Positions 19,162 to 29,715 of a stretch of DNA of 64,000 bases are shown one piece after another; position 1 is the first letter of the stretch, and each line of letters starts with the position of its first letter. The translations under genes and the position numbers were made by a program. The notes beneath the pieces are model-generated. The model was not told where the DNA came from, did not search any database, and was given only the letters and a program-made list of their open reading frames with translations. Source of the stretch: a bacterium (lineage in GTDB: Bacteria > UBP15 > UBA6099); assembly GCA_041664945.1 (NCBI GenBank), contig JBAYJY010000003.1, forward strand, positions 8,415-72,414, given 5' to 3'.

Positions 19162-19587
19162 TCAGTCGGCGAAGAAAGTATAAGCTAACTCTACATTATT
19201 TTGTTGTTTATCTGATTTTGCGTCCTGCGATGCATTCCTCGAACCGAACATATTCTCCGCAACTTTTTCCGCGCTGGCCGACATCGAATCCAGTTCGGAA
19301 CCGGCGGAAACTACTTCTTTGCCTTTCGTTACAACTACTTTCCAATTACCGTTCGATTCAACTTCCGGAAGTTCGGCAACAGCGTTGTAATCTTCTTTGT
19401 TTTCGAAGTTCGCTTTTCCCTGACCGTTGTTGTTATGGTGGTCTTTATGTATTTTGTGCTCTTTTTTCTCAACTCTGACATATCGGGGTATTTCAAACTG
19501 AAGATTAACTTTAACCGTCTCCGCGGCAAAAGCTGAAGCTTGAACGAAGCACATGAGCATCATTGTTATCAGCATTAACTTTTTCAT
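19162..19587 (-). CDS. Small secreted protein, His/Asn-rich (hypothetical)
   Basis: Signal peptide MKKLMLITMMLMCFVQASAFAAE. Contains a KEHKIHKDHHNNNGQGK stretch and shows no recognisable family. It is the last gene of a three-gene minus-strand unit. Confidence 0.4.
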   Translation of the reverse strand: MKKLMLITMMLMCFVQASAFAAETVKVNLQFEIPRYVRVEKKEHKIHKDHHNNNGQGKANFENKEDYNAVAELPEVESNGNWKVVVTKGKEVVSAGSELDSMSASAEKVAENMFGSRNASQDAKSDKQQNNVELAYTFFAD

Positions 19588-19774
19588 TGCTCCGTCTCCT
19601 TTCAATTCAGCCTTCACTTATATAATACCACGAAAAAGCGAGAATAGTTCCGAAAATAGAGGCTATTTTAAGATTGTTTTGTGATAAAGGCGGAATATAG
19701 CAATATATTCGCTAATTGCGGTATTAGCGATATTTTCGTTTTTGAAAAAAGTTTAGTCTTAGATAAAAAGAATT

Positions 19775-21046
19775 TTAAGGAACCCAAACGGCTGCGCTCA
19801 AAACAGAAAAGCCGTTGGCGAGAGGAAAAGGCTGATCAACACTGGGTATTTTCAGCCATACACAACCGTCGTAATTAAATGCGATCGATTCGCCGTCGGG
19901 ACCCCATTGAAGTTCGCGAGGCATTATCAGCTTCCCGTCGGGTTGTTTGAAATAGATCTTTCTCGAAATAGCAGATTTTATATCCACATCAAAAAAATAG
20001 TCGCTTTCGCCACTTTTGTCGAATATCAGAAGCCGGCTCTTCTTGGAAAATCTTATTTCAATTTTTCGGAAAAAATCAAATGACGACTCGGTTCCCTTCT
20101 CTGAGTCCTTAACGGAAATCGAATCATATTTGACGCCGCCGACTCCAGGGACTATACGGGCATAACAGAAGCTTTTATGCGCTATTCCGTCCGGGCAGCT
20201 TCTTACCATCATCCAGATTGAAGAATCAGCCGGATTCCATGAGTAGCTGTAAAACCCGAGATTCTTCGCCATAACGCTCGACTTGCCGGTGGCAAGATCG
20301 ATTTTTACAAAAACCTGCGAACCGCCGGTGATCGGCGCTGAAATGAAAGCGACTGAATTCCCGTCCGGCGAAAAAGAAGGCATTGATAGCAGATCGGGCG
20401 AACTGTAGATTTTCTTGCGCTCGTTGGTTGCAACGTCGTATATATATAAAAAAAATGATTTTAAATCCCAATCGACAAAGATTATTCGTTTCCCTGCCGG
20501 GTCAGCTGCGGGTTGTGAACCATGGAAAAGGCGTCTTGGGCCTGAATTTTTCGGTTGGGCCCGGATGATATTCCGATCTTTATCCTCAAAGAATATTGTT
20601 CCGTCGACTTTTCTTCTGAGATCGGTGAGAACGAGCGGGTCGAAACCAGTTGCAGGAGCGAAGTCAGTTACAAGTTGCGGCAAAACCTCGCCGAGCTCGG
20701 AAGAAGGAATCGACAACGGCATAAGCGCCGGATCGTAGACGAACGGATCGAGCACAGGCAGGAGAATTGTTTCATCGACAAAAGAATCGTCATCCGAATA
20801 CGGCGCCGGAACATATTCTGAAGAACCGGAATCCGTTACGGGGCTTGGCTGTTTCGCCGACGGTTTTCCTGCGGAAGGCGAAGTTCCAGCCTTCGACGCC
20901 GCAGCCGCCGGCAACGCAAAAATATGGAGCGCGACAATTGCCGCAAGCAAAATTACTGTTCTCACTGCTTTCAATCTCTTTCTGACTTCCACTTGGAAAC
21001 AGTCCCGCATATTAAACTCGAATTCTTCAAAAAAAAGCGAATTCAA
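19775..21046 (-). CDS. Secreted TolB-like (PD40/WD40-like) beta-propeller repeat protein (hypothetical)
   Basis: Signal/TM segment followed by a Pro/Ser-rich linker. Repeated PD40-like blades are present (SPDGNSVAFIS, YSWNPADSSIWMM, WGPDGESIAFNYDG). Confidence 0.45.
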   Translation of the reverse strand: MNSLFFEEFEFNMRDCFQVEVRKRLKAVRTVILLAAIVALHIFALPAAAASKAGTSPSAGKPSAKQPSPVTDSGSSEYVPAPYSDDDSFVDETILLPVLDPFVYDPALMPLSIPSSELGEVLPQLVTDFAPATGFDPLVLTDLRRKVDGTIFFEDKDRNIIRAQPKNSGPRRLFHGSQPAADPAGKRIIFVDWDLKSFFLYIYDVATNERKKIYSSPDLLSMPSFSPDGNSVAFISAPITGGSQVFVKIDLATGKSSVMAKNLGFYSYSWNPADSSIWMMVRSCPDGIAHKSFCYARIVPGVGGVKYDSISVKDSEKGTESSFDFFRKIEIRFSKKSRLLIFDKSGESDYFFDVDIKSAISRKIYFKQPDGKLIMPRELQWGPDGESIAFNYDGCVWLKIPSVDQPFPLANGFSVLSAAVWVP

Positions 21047-21047
21047 A

Positions 21048-22367
21048 TTAAAACATCGTAATTGAATTCGCGATCAACTTATATTCGGGAAATATCCTCG
21101 CATATTCGGCTTCGAGACTGTTGAAAGATACAATGTATTCGATGTTGTTCGAGACCGCGATGACCATGTATTGTTTTGAAACGAGCTTTTGCGCGGCGTC
21201 CGGCTGTTTCTGATCGCCGGCGACCGGAGCGGATTTTTGAATAAGGTCCTTATACTGATGCATTGAAATAATTTCCTGAGCCGGGACTCCGTTGTGACTG
21301 ATAGATTTCTGACTCTTTATCTCGTAGCCGGCCTGTTTGAGCAGATCGAGACTTTTCTCGATAAGTTTGTCCGGCGGCATCTGCGCTTCGGTCTCGTTCA
21401 GCGAGCGGCATACAATGTTCAGGCCGGACCCCTCAAGTTGCGCGGGATCCTTTTTCTTTATAGTAAGATAAAAAGAGTTGGACGATTTTCTGATAGCGAA
21501 CTGCCACGAGCGGTCCGGTTTGCGAACTGAAAATCTCCACTGATAGTCTATGTAGGAATTGTCGTCGGAAGGTTTGGCGATAGAGATCGTCGATGTTGCG
21601 GTTGAAGTGTCCGTTGCGGCTGTATTTGCCGGTTGGGGGAGCGCGCGCTCGAAGTAAAGCATACGGCGCAAGTCGTTGTACTGCTCGTCGCCAATCACAG
21701 GTTTATTCTTGTAGTCATCGCTTAGAATCCGCTTGAGTATCGCCGTGACACCGTCGAAACCGGCGCCGAGTTCCACTGACTTCCGGATGTAATTCATCGC
21801 TAGATCGTAGAACCGTTTCGTGTCGACGTTCAGCCCCGCGAGGTTGGCCTTCAAACGGTCGTAACCGATGCCAATGAGAAAAGAGACGTCGGCGACAGTC
21901 CCCTTGGACAAACCGCTTGAACTCTCCGCCAGCGAACGCGCTTTATTGAAATAGTACTCGGCGCGCTCTATGCAGTCGAACGAAAAACCGGTCGGGTTTG
22001 TTGTCGCAGAGAGAGAAAGAACGCCGGCGGTCGGGCAAAGATCGACGTAGTTATATGCAGCGGCGAGCGTAAAAAGAATTCTGTCTTCAGGCTTATTGAG
22101 AGAAGTGACAGCCATTTCGAGGTTCGACATAGCGCGATGCGCGCGCGCCAGCATGTTCATGTCGCCATCAGAAACGCCCTTGTGGATCACGCTCTCTATG
22201 TACTCAAATTCCTTCGAGATGTCCTCGGAACGGGCGGCCTGCGCGCGGGATTGCGAAGCGGCGCCAGCCAAACAAAATATTATTATCGCTGTAACTAATA
22301 GTTTATTCATCATTGCCGGCGTCGACGATTTATACGATGCGCCCTGCATCCGGTAGCCCGCTCTCAT
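21048..22367 (-). CDS. Secreted hypothetical protein (439 aa)
   Basis: Signal peptide MMNKLLVTAIIIFCLAGAASQSRAQA. Separated by 2 nt from the downstream TolB-like gene, suggesting an operon. I see no recognisable motifs. Confidence 0.4.
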   Translation of the reverse strand: MRAGYRMQGASYKSSTPAMMNKLLVTAIIIFCLAGAASQSRAQAARSEDISKEFEYIESVIHKGVSDGDMNMLARAHRAMSNLEMAVTSLNKPEDRILFTLAAAYNYVDLCPTAGVLSLSATTNPTGFSFDCIERAEYYFNKARSLAESSSGLSKGTVADVSFLIGIGYDRLKANLAGLNVDTKRFYDLAMNYIRKSVELGAGFDGVTAILKRILSDDYKNKPVIGDEQYNDLRRMLYFERALPQPANTAATDTSTATSTISIAKPSDDNSYIDYQWRFSVRKPDRSWQFAIRKSSNSFYLTIKKKDPAQLEGSGLNIVCRSLNETEAQMPPDKLIEKSLDLLKQAGYEIKSQKSISHNGVPAQEIISMHQYKDLIQKSAPVAGDQKQPDAAQKLVSKQYMVIAVSNNIEYIVSFNSLEAEYARIFPEYKLIANSITMF

Positions 22368-22579
22368 CCGCCAGACTGCCGGCGGACGCGGAATCCCTTT
22401 CTATCTTAAGTTTCATTCTAAATCAATGAATCCGGTTTGGCAACAACTTACACTCTCCTCATTTAGTTGAATTATCTTTGAATTTATCAGAAAATCTATT
22501 ATAAATTAGAAAGTGAAGTATATGCCCAACAGGAGGCTTTAGCTGAAGGCGTTTATTGCCTGCGCCTTTAACAAATTAA

Positions 22580-25126
22580 ATGGCCGCTCAAAACAATCAA
22601 AATAAATTCTCGCGTTACTCTTTTATAATCATTGTGTGCGTTTCGATTCTCGCGCTTTCAGTCGCCCTCAAAAACCCGCTCGGCAACGAAGGCGTCAAGC
22701 TTGGCTACAGCGAGTTTCTCGACCGCGTCGACCAGAAACAGGTCAAAAAGGTCACGATCGTAAACCAGACCAACCGGCTTCAGGGCGAGTTCGCCGACGG
22801 CAAGAAATTCATCGTCGACGCGCCGGCCGACCCGGATCTTGTGAAAACTCTGCGTGAGCGTAACATTAATTTCTCCGCGGAGAACCCCGGCATTAAGGAA
22901 AATATAACGCAGTTCCTCGCGATGATCATCGTGCCGGTTCTGCTTATAGTGGCGATATGGTTTCTGATAATGAGACAAGCGCAGGCAGGCGGCAGCCAGG
23001 CTATGAGCTTCGGGCGCAGCCGCGCGAAGATGGCATCCGGCAATATGCCGCAGGTGACGTTTGAAGATGTCGCAGGAGTTGATGAAGCGGTCGGCGAACT
23101 GCGCGAGATCGTGGAATTTCTGAAAGACCCGAAACGTTTTCAGACGATGGGCGCTAAAATCCCGAAAGGCGTTCTGCTGCTCGGACCGCCGGGGTCTGGA
23201 AAAACGCTTCTCGCCCGCGCGATCGCCGGCGAGGCTAAAGTGCCGTTCTTCCACATGAGCGGCTCTGACTTCGTTGAGATGTTCGTGGGCGTCGGCGCAT
23301 CGAGAGTGCGCGATCTGTTCGAACAGGCGAAGAAAAGCGCGCCCTGCCTCGTTTTCGTCGATGAAATCGACGCTGTAGGGCGCCAGCGCGGCGCCGGACT
23401 CGGCGGCGGACACGACGAGCGCGAACAAACTCTTAACCAACTGCTCGTCGAAATGGATGGGTTCGACGCCAATTTAGGCGTCATACTTCTCGCGGCTACA
23501 AACAGGCCGGACGTTCTCGATCCGGCTCTTCTGCGCCCGGGCCGCTTCGACCGCCGCGTTGTGGTCGACCAGCCCGACTTCAAAGGCAGGCGCGCCATTC
23601 TTGACGTGCATGCGCGCGGAAAACCGCTCGATCCTTCAGTCGATCTCGATGTCATCGCCCGCCGCCCTCCCGGCTTCACCGGCGCCGACCTCGAAAATGC
23701 TCTCAATGAGGCCGCCCTGCTCGCCGCTCGCGACAGCTCGACCTCTATCTCTCTTCACCATATCGAAGAGTCCATCGACCGCAACATCGCCGGCCCCGAG
23801 CGGCGCAGCAGGCTGCTCTCGGAACGCGACAAGAAAGTTACGGCTTACCACGAAGCGGGCCACGCGCTCGCCGCCCGCCTGATTCCGGACACGGATCCGG
23901 TCCACAAGATCTCGATTCTCCCGCGTGGAATGGCGCTAGGCTACACGTTGCAGTTGCCGAGCGAGGACAAGTACACGATGCCGCGATCGGAACTGCTCAA
24001 CGAAATCTGCGTGCTTCTCGGCGGCCGCGTAGCCGAAAAAATTATTTTCGACGACATCACAACCGGCGCCTCCAACGACATCGAACGCTCGACAAAAATA
24101 GCGCGCCGCATGGTCACAAGATACGGCATGAGCGCCGAACTCGGGCCGCTCACTTTCGGCCGCCAGACTGAAGCCGTCTTTCTCGGCCGCGACCTCGGAC
24201 ACGAACGCGACTACAGCGAGGAAATCGCCTCCAAGATCGATCAGGAAGTCCATGACATTATTTCCAATTGCTTCGAACGGGTCGAAAAGCTGCTTCTCGA
24301 CAACAAGGAACGCCTCGAACTGGTCGCCGAGCAATTAATCGTCCGCGAATTCCTCGAAGGCTCGCGCCTTGAAACTTTGCTGGACGGCAAACATCTCTCC
24401 GATGACGAAGTCGCCGAACTTGAAGCGGAGCGAAAAAAGAACGACGAGGAAAAGAACCGTCTGCGCCTTGAAGCCAAGGACGCTGAAGAGAAGAAGAAGC
24501 TCGAAGATCAGGCTGCGGCCGACGCTCCGGTTCCGCCGCCGGCGCCGGACATCGAAGTCGCCGGAGAAACAGCCACGGCCGCTAAGGCTTTCTCAGAAGA
24601 GGGAATACCGAGCGAAGACGACCTCAGGTCAGCCGGCGGCCTGCTGAGCCAGTTCTATTTCATGCTCGACAAGATTTTTCACGACACCGTCGCTCCGTTC
24701 GCGATTAACGACAAGGTGCGCTCGCAACTCGAAAAGATGGAGAAAGTCATAGCCGAAAGCAAATCCGACTTCGCGTCCCTGATGCTTCAGCAGTTGATCC
24801 GCGAGAGCGAGGACCGCACGGTTGAAGCTGGGTTCCGCATCCGGCTCGCGCTTCTGCACGTTCGCGACGGTCGCGCCGACCGCGTTGCTGAAGAGCTTCT
24901 CTCCGCCCTAAACACCGGCGAGGATAAACTCGAAAAAAACGCCAAGGGCATTCTGATAAGCGCGATCAGCTATTTCCGCATCCTCAATGAAGAGCTCCGG
25001 AAAAGCAAACTTTCGTATACAAGCGTTCTCAAAAACAACTCGCTTCTCGAAAAGATAGACAATCGATATCTTGAATGGGAAAAGAAAGCCCGTTCATCCT
25101 CAGGCCAGTTCCCCCACATGTCCTGA
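22580..25126 (+). CDS. ftsH: ATP-dependent zinc metalloprotease FtsH, with ~230 aa C-terminal extension
   Basis: Two TM helices, AAA+ Walker A GPPGSGKT, Walker [19 protein letters not shown], and the HEAGH zinc motif ([11 protein letters not shown]). The protein continues ~230 aa beyond the normal FtsH end with a KE-rich coiled coil followed by a helical domain. Confidence 0.9.
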   Translation: MAAQNNQNKFSRYSFIIIVCVSILALSVALKNPLGNEGVKLGYSEFLDRVDQKQVKKVTIVNQTNRLQGEFADGKKFIVDAPADPDLVKTLRERNINFSAENPGIKENITQFLAMIIVPVLLIVAIWFLIMRQAQAGGSQAMSFGRSRAKMASGNMPQVTFEDVAGVDEAVGELREIVEFLKDPKRFQTMGAKIPKGVLLLGPPGSGKTLLARAIAGEAKVPFFHMSGSDFVEMFVGVGASRVRDLFEQAKKSAPCLVFVDEIDAVGRQRGAGLGGGHDEREQTLNQLLVEMDGFDANLGVILLAATNRPDVLDPALLRPGRFDRRVVVDQPDFKGRRAILDVHARGKPLDPSVDLDVIARRPPGFTGADLENALNEAALLAARDSSTSISLHHIEESIDRNIAGPERRSRLLSERDKKVTAYHEAGHALAARLIPDTDPVHKISILPRGMALGYTLQLPSEDKYTMPRSELLNEICVLLGGRVAEKIIFDDITTGASNDIERSTKIARRMVTRYGMSAELGPLTFGRQTEAVFLGRDLGHERDYSEEIASKIDQEVHDIISNCFERVEKLLLDNKERLELVAEQLIVREFLEGSRLETLLDGKHLSDDEVAELEAERKKNDEEKNRLRLEAKDAEEKKKLEDQAAADAPVPPPAPDIEVAGETATAAKAFSEEGIPSEDDLRSAGGLLSQFYFMLDKIFHDTVAPFAINDKVRSQLEKMEKVIAESKSDFASLMLQQLIRESEDRTVEAGFRIRLALLHVRDGRADRVAEELLSALNTGEDKLEKNAKGILISAISYFRILNEELRKSKLSYTSVLKNNSLLEKIDNRYLEWEKKARSSSGQFPHMS

Positions 25127-25139
25127 TTGGAGGCCTCTG

Positions 25140-25661
25140 ATGAGCAACTCCGCTCTCATTGTGATTGACATGCTGAACGATTTCGTGTCGCCCGACGGCG
25201 CGCTTTATGTCGGCGACACCGTCAAACACATCATACCGGAGATTCAAAAAAAGATTTCCAAATATCGCGCAGACGCCGATCCGGTGATTTACCTCTGCGA
25301 CAGCCACGCTGAAGACGACAAGGAATTCGAGATGTTCCCGCCGCACTGCATCGCGAACGGCAAAGGCGCCGAGATTTATAAAGATCTGCGCCCCAATGCA
25401 GGAGAGACCATTGTTTATAAAACACGCTTCAGCGGTTTTTTCAACACAAACCTCGACGCGATTCTGAAAGAAAAGAACCTCGACGCGATTGAACTGTGCG
25501 GAGTATGCACAAACATCTGCGTTCTATATACCTGCGCCGACGCGCGCATGCGCGGCTACAACGTCACCGTAGACCGCCGCTGCGTCGACTCCTTCGACCG
25601 CGCCGCGCACGAATTCGCCCTAAAGGAAATGGAGCGCGTCCTCGGCGCTAAGATCATTTGA
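25140..25661 (+). CDS. Isochorismatase-family cysteine hydrolase (nicotinamidase-like)
   Basis: ALIVIDMLNDFV at the N-terminus, a catalytic Cys block (ELCGVCTNICV), ~175 aa. ATG at 25140 follows a GGAGG RBS. Confidence 0.7.
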   Translation: MSNSALIVIDMLNDFVSPDGALYVGDTVKHIIPEIQKKISKYRADADPVIYLCDSHAEDDKEFEMFPPHCIANGKGAEIYKDLRPNAGETIVYKTRFSGFFNTNLDAILKEKNLDAIELCGVCTNICVLYTCADARMRGYNVTVDRRCVDSFDRAAHEFALKEMERVLGAKII

Positions 25662-25678
25662 TTCATTTCATTGATTTT

Positions 25679-26692
25679 TCAATACCCCGATAAGCCGGGT
25701 TGCGGCGAGAGCGGCATTGGGTTCGCTTTTCTTTTAAACGCTTCGTAGCCCGCGCGGGCGATCATTGCCGCGTTATCAGTGCAAAGTATAAATTCAGGCA
25801 TGAAAAATCCGAATCCGCGGCGCTCGCTTTCGGTTTTCATTTTTTCTCGCAGCGGCCTGTTTGCCGCCACGCCGCCCGCAAGCCACACTTCCGCGACTCC
25901 GTTCTCTTCAGCGGCGCGCAGAGTTTTCTCCACCAACACGTCCACAACCGCTTCCTGAAATGATGCCGCAAGGTCTTCTATCGTGATAGTGTTACCGATT
26001 TCTGATTCATGTGTTCTGACGTATGTGATGACCGCGGTTTTGAGGCCGCTGAAACTCAGGTTGAAGTTGCTGTCGTGAATCATCGGACGCGGAAATTTCA
26101 CTTTCCTGGCATCGCCGGCCGCCGCCGCTTTCTGTATCGCAGGTCCGCCGGGATAACCGAGCCCGAGCAGCCTCGCAACTTTGTCGAACGCCTCGCCCGC
26201 CGCGTCGTCAACCGTGCCACCGAGCTTCCGGTAGGCTCCGATTCCCTCAACGTGGATGATGTCCGTGTGGCCTCCGGAGACAAGCAGACACACAGCCGGC
26301 AACCTGACTTCGGGCCCGGACAGGCAGTTCGCGAGAAGATGGCCTTCGAGGTGGTTAACGCCTATCGCCGGGATTTTCAAAACCGACGCAAGCGCCCGCG
26401 CGACCGAGATGCCGACGACAAGGCTCACAGCCAGACCCGGCCCGACTGTCACCGCCACCAGATTCAGGTCATTGAACCCGACGCCTGCCTCATCGAGCGC
26501 CTCCTGCAAAACCACGTTGATTATTTCCGTGTGTTTTCGCGCGGCGATTTCAGGCACAACGCCGCCGAACAACGCGTGGATGTCCACTTGCGACGCAACG
26601 ACATTCGACAGCAGTTTGTCAGCGCCGCTCAATACCGCTATTGAAGTTTCATCACAGGATGTCTCAATCCCAAGCGTTAGAAAATCAGTCAT
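25679..26692 (-). CDS. tsaD: tRNA N6-adenosine threonylcarbamoyltransferase TsaD
   Basis: N-terminus LTLGIETSCDETSIAV. The Kae1/TsaD metal-binding histidines (GVNHLEGH) are present. Size ~337 aa. Confidence 0.9.
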   Translation of the reverse strand: MTDFLTLGIETSCDETSIAVLSGADKLLSNVVASQVDIHALFGGVVPEIAARKHTEIINVVLQEALDEAGVGFNDLNLVAVTVGPGLAVSLVVGISVARALASVLKIPAIGVNHLEGHLLANCLSGPEVRLPAVCLLVSGGHTDIIHVEGIGAYRKLGGTVDDAAGEAFDKVARLLGLGYPGGPAIQKAAAAGDARKVKFPRPMIHDSNFNLSFSGLKTAVITYVRTHESEIGNTITIEDLAASFQEAVVDVLVEKTLRAAEENGVAEVWLAGGVAANRPLREKMKTESERRGFGFFMPEFILCTDNAAMIARAGYEAFKRKANPMPLSPQPGLSGY

Positions 26693-28223
26693 CCTCGCCG
26701 CTCCCGGTTGCATATACGTTCAAATCTATCTCAGGGATTGTAACAGCTTCGAACAGCCGATTCCATGGGAAATAAGTTTCTGCCATCCGGCCACCCGTCG
26801 CCTCAAGCGCCCATCCCTGCAAGCCGTAAACTTCTATCGTTTTACCGATCAAATATTTTTTTGCGAACTTTCCGAACTCTAATTCCATTCCCTGTTTAAG
26901 CGCCGTCCGCGCCTCCGCCGGATGTTTGAAACTCATAGGCGTGTCGATAGCGACAGCCATTTCGGCGCGCGGTCCGGTTGAAAACAGATAATCGTTTGCG
27001 ACAGCATTTAACAGCAATTCGAACTGCGCCATCGCGTAGGCGATGGCGTCAGCTTCCAAGCCGCCCTTGCGTCCCATGCTCCGGCGAACCGCCGCAGCAA
27101 CCGCCGCTTGGGCGATCACTGTTCCGGATGAATTCGCCGTCGTGTTCCATCCTGCGTATCCGCCGAGCCGGAAATATAGCTTGCTCTTCAGCAATGCTTT
27201 CACAAGCGCGGGCGACGATCCGTTCAGATGAATGGCGTCGACTATTCCGACCGCCCTCCCCTTTTCGATATGTTTTTCGATATTCTTCAGCCACGCCGCG
27301 GATACGGTCGCCTCTTTCAACTTCGCGCCGTTTAATTGTTCGAGAAATAAATCTTTTTGATTTTCCGCCAGCTTCGGAACGATAACCGCACCCGCCTTTT
27401 CAGCGTTTTTCACGAGACGCCCGCCAACGGATTTGATCTGCGCGCGCAACGTGTCGCCGATTTTTGCAGGTTCATATCGCGGAACTATTTCTAAATCCTT
27501 TTCAGAAGCGTCGATATAAAATGCCGGCCTGTGATGCATGAGATCATTTATGCTTCGCGCGACAAGCAGCGAAGCCAGTTCGTCCGTTCCCGTCTGAATG
27601 GATACCCTGCCGCCGCCGTACTTTCCGGCTTCGCGCTTGAGCGCCGCGAACTCCGCAGCATTCGGGTTGCCCTCGGCGGTATCTTCTTTCCCGATAATCA
27701 GGCAATCAAATATATTTTCGCCGGCCCAGCGAACCATCTCCATGTTGATTTCAAAATTGCGGCGCCGCGCCGGAGAAACACCGTTATTTGCGGCGCCCGC
27801 GCCATTCATCTGCAGTTTCCACGCTTCGAAAGTCGCGGCGTCGGTTATCGTTATCGCGTCACGAAGAATTATGTTGAAAGCGAAAATTGGAAGGTCGCCG
27901 AATCGTCTCCTGATTTTACGGAGAATCTTTAAATTATTCAGAGCTTCTTTAAAAGAAACTTCAGGCTTTCTTGAAGAGACGAGTCCTCCGTAAGCGAGCA
28001 GGTCGATGGAAACAACGAGCGCGTCCACGCCGTTACCGAGACTCTTGAAAAGCCATTCGTCAATGCGGCGCCGGTCCGCGGGAGCATACAAATCGCCGAG
28101 CGTTTCAATTGGCGGAAAGTTAAGAGGGATGCCGGCTAAGCCGGCGATCTGTTTCGGCAGCCGCGTGTTGGCCGGCCGGCTGTCGAGAGGAATAAGAACT
28201 ATGCCGTCATTCATCCTTCTCAC
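26685..28223 (-). CDS. Conserved hypothetical protein (~510 aa; possibly DUF4127-like)
   Basis: Large soluble protein with no recognisable catalytic motif. Its 3' end overlaps the tsaD start. The family assignment is recollection only, not verified. Confidence 0.4.
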   Translation of the reverse strand: MRRMNDGIVLIPLDSRPANTRLPKQIAGLAGIPLNFPPIETLGDLYAPADRRRIDEWLFKSLGNGVDALVVSIDLLAYGGLVSSRKPEVSFKEALNNLKILRKIRRRFGDLPIFAFNIILRDAITITDAATFEAWKLQMNGAGAANNGVSPARRRNFEINMEMVRWAGENIFDCLIIGKEDTAEGNPNAAEFAALKREAGKYGGGRVSIQTGTDELASLLVARSINDLMHHRPAFYIDASEKDLEIVPRYEPAKIGDTLRAQIKSVGGRLVKNAEKAGAVIVPKLAENQKDLFLEQLNGAKLKEATVSAAWLKNIEKHIEKGRAVGIVDAIHLNGSSPALVKALLKSKLYFRLGGYAGWNTTANSSGTVIAQAAVAAAVRRSMGRKGGLEADAIAYAMAQFELLLNAVANDYLFSTGPRAEMAVAIDTPMSFKHPAEARTALKQGMELEFGKFAKKYLIGKTIEVYGLQGWALEATGGRMAETYFPWNRLFEAVTIPEIDLNVYATGSGEDD

Positions 28224-28692
28224 CGCTAAAAAACATTACAATCGCGAAAACAGCGAATCCGATAACGATAAAGCAATCGGCGACATTGAAAGTCGGCCAT
28301 TGGCGCTCACCGATATATGCTTTGACAAAATCGTATACGTGGCCGAACCTGAGACGGTCGACCATATTTCCAAACGCGCCGCCGAGCATCATCCCCAATC
28401 CAACAACGCTCGCCCACCGGCCGGGCATGCCTTCCTTCAGAAAGAAAAACAGGATCAATACAGCAGCCGCTATCGGAATCAGGAGAACATAAATCCTTAT
28501 GCCTTGAAACATTCCGAAGGCGATGCCCTGATTGAACGAATTAATGATTGACAGGAATCCGGGAATAATAACGAGGTCATCGCCGCCTCGCGCGTCCATC
28601 ATCGCCCGCACGGCGCTTTTCGCGAGTTGGTCCAGCCCCACGACAACCGCGCATATTAAAAGGCACAATAGCTTGTCGGCGTGTTTTCTCAT
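28207..28692 (-). CDS. lspA: Lipoprotein signal peptidase (signal peptidase II)
   Basis: Four TM helices and the conserved motifs NQGIAFG and FNVAD. Size 161 aa. Confidence 0.85.
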   Translation of the reverse strand: MRKHADKLLCLLICAVVVGLDQLAKSAVRAMMDARGGDDLVIIPGFLSIINSFNQGIAFGMFQGIRIYVLLIPIAAAVLILFFFLKEGMPGRWASVVGLGMMLGGAFGNMVDRLRFGHVYDFVKAYIGERQWPTFNVADCFIVIGFAVFAIVMFFSGEKDE

Positions 28693-28720
28693 AGGTAATA
28701 ACTACACATCGAAGAATAAA

Positions 28721-29581
28721 TTACTGGCCGGCGGCGGTTTCGGCGATATACGAATTGTAGCCTTTCACCTGTAATTCGCGCGCCAGTTTCTGCGCGTTCG
28801 CCTTGTCCTTGAACGCGCCGGCCTGAACGCGGAAGCGTGTCTGGCCCTCATACTGAATCTTCTTTATGAAAACTTCCAAACTATATTGATCGACGAGCAT
28901 TTTTTTCATCCGGTCGGCGTTTTCCTGCGAAGTGAAATTGCCGAGTTGAAGCACATAAACGACATCGCCCGGCTTTTCGGCTTGCTTTGATTCAGCCGCC
29001 GGTTTCGACGCCGTGGGCGCGGGTTGTGCCTCAGCTGCCGGTTTCGGTTTCGCTACAACTTTAGCCGGTTCTTTTTCCGTTTTCTTTTCAGCAACCGACT
29101 TTACTTCCGCTTTTTTCGGCGCCGGTTCTTTTTTCTGTTCAGCTTTCTTTTCAGTCACAATCGTGACTGGCTCTGATTCCTCATGCTTCTTTGCTTCTTC
29201 CTTCGCGGCGGGTGCGGCGCCGGTTTCCACCTTCTCAATGCTGACATCGGTTTTCGTCGCCTTTGACGCCGACTGTTGCCCGCCCGCCTCTTCTTCTGTC
29301 AATTGCGGCTCGATTTTATCCGTATTTTGCCGCCCGGATTCAGGCTTTTCTTCTTTCCGCAGTCCTTTTATCTTCTCGCCGGTCTCTTCAAATACCGAGA
29401 GATTGCCGTTTTCGGTTATAGCGGCCGGAGTTTTCTTGCCGCCCAACGCTCCGCTGATCATTGGCACAACAAGCTTGGATATCAGCAGGGCCGCCACTGT
29501 CACCAACACCAAACCGACAATAATTTTTATCCAAAAATAATCCCGCCGCCCGGTTCCTTCGTCCTCTATCTGCTGCGCCAT
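28721..29581 (-). CDS. SPOR-domain cell-division/peptidoglycan-binding protein (FtsN/DedD-like architecture)
   Basis: N-terminal TM anchor, a long K/E/A/P-rich low-complexity linker, and a C-terminal SPOR domain (YVLQLGNFTSQENADRMKKML...FRVQAGAFKDKANAQKLARELQVKGYNSYI). Confidence 0.7.
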   Translation of the reverse strand: MAQQIEDEGTGRRDYFWIKIIVGLVLVTVAALLISKLVVPMISGALGGKKTPAAITENGNLSVFEETGEKIKGLRKEEKPESGRQNTDKIEPQLTEEEAGGQQSASKATKTDVSIEKVETGAAPAAKEEAKKHEESEPVTIVTEKKAEQKKEPAPKKAEVKSVAEKKTEKEPAKVVAKPKPAAEAQPAPTASKPAAESKQAEKPGDVVYVLQLGNFTSQENADRMKKMLVDQYSLEVFIKKIQYEGQTRFRVQAGAFKDKANAQKLARELQVKGYNSYIAETAAGQ

Positions 29582-29715
29582 ATGCTTACCAACTCCATTT
29601 CAGCTATAAACATGCTCATATTAGCCCGCTGCTCGGGCCTATATAACTATTGTCCATATAATAATGACTTTTTTGACAAAATCGCGCGATGCGACAGCGC
29701 GACCGGCCGCCGCCC

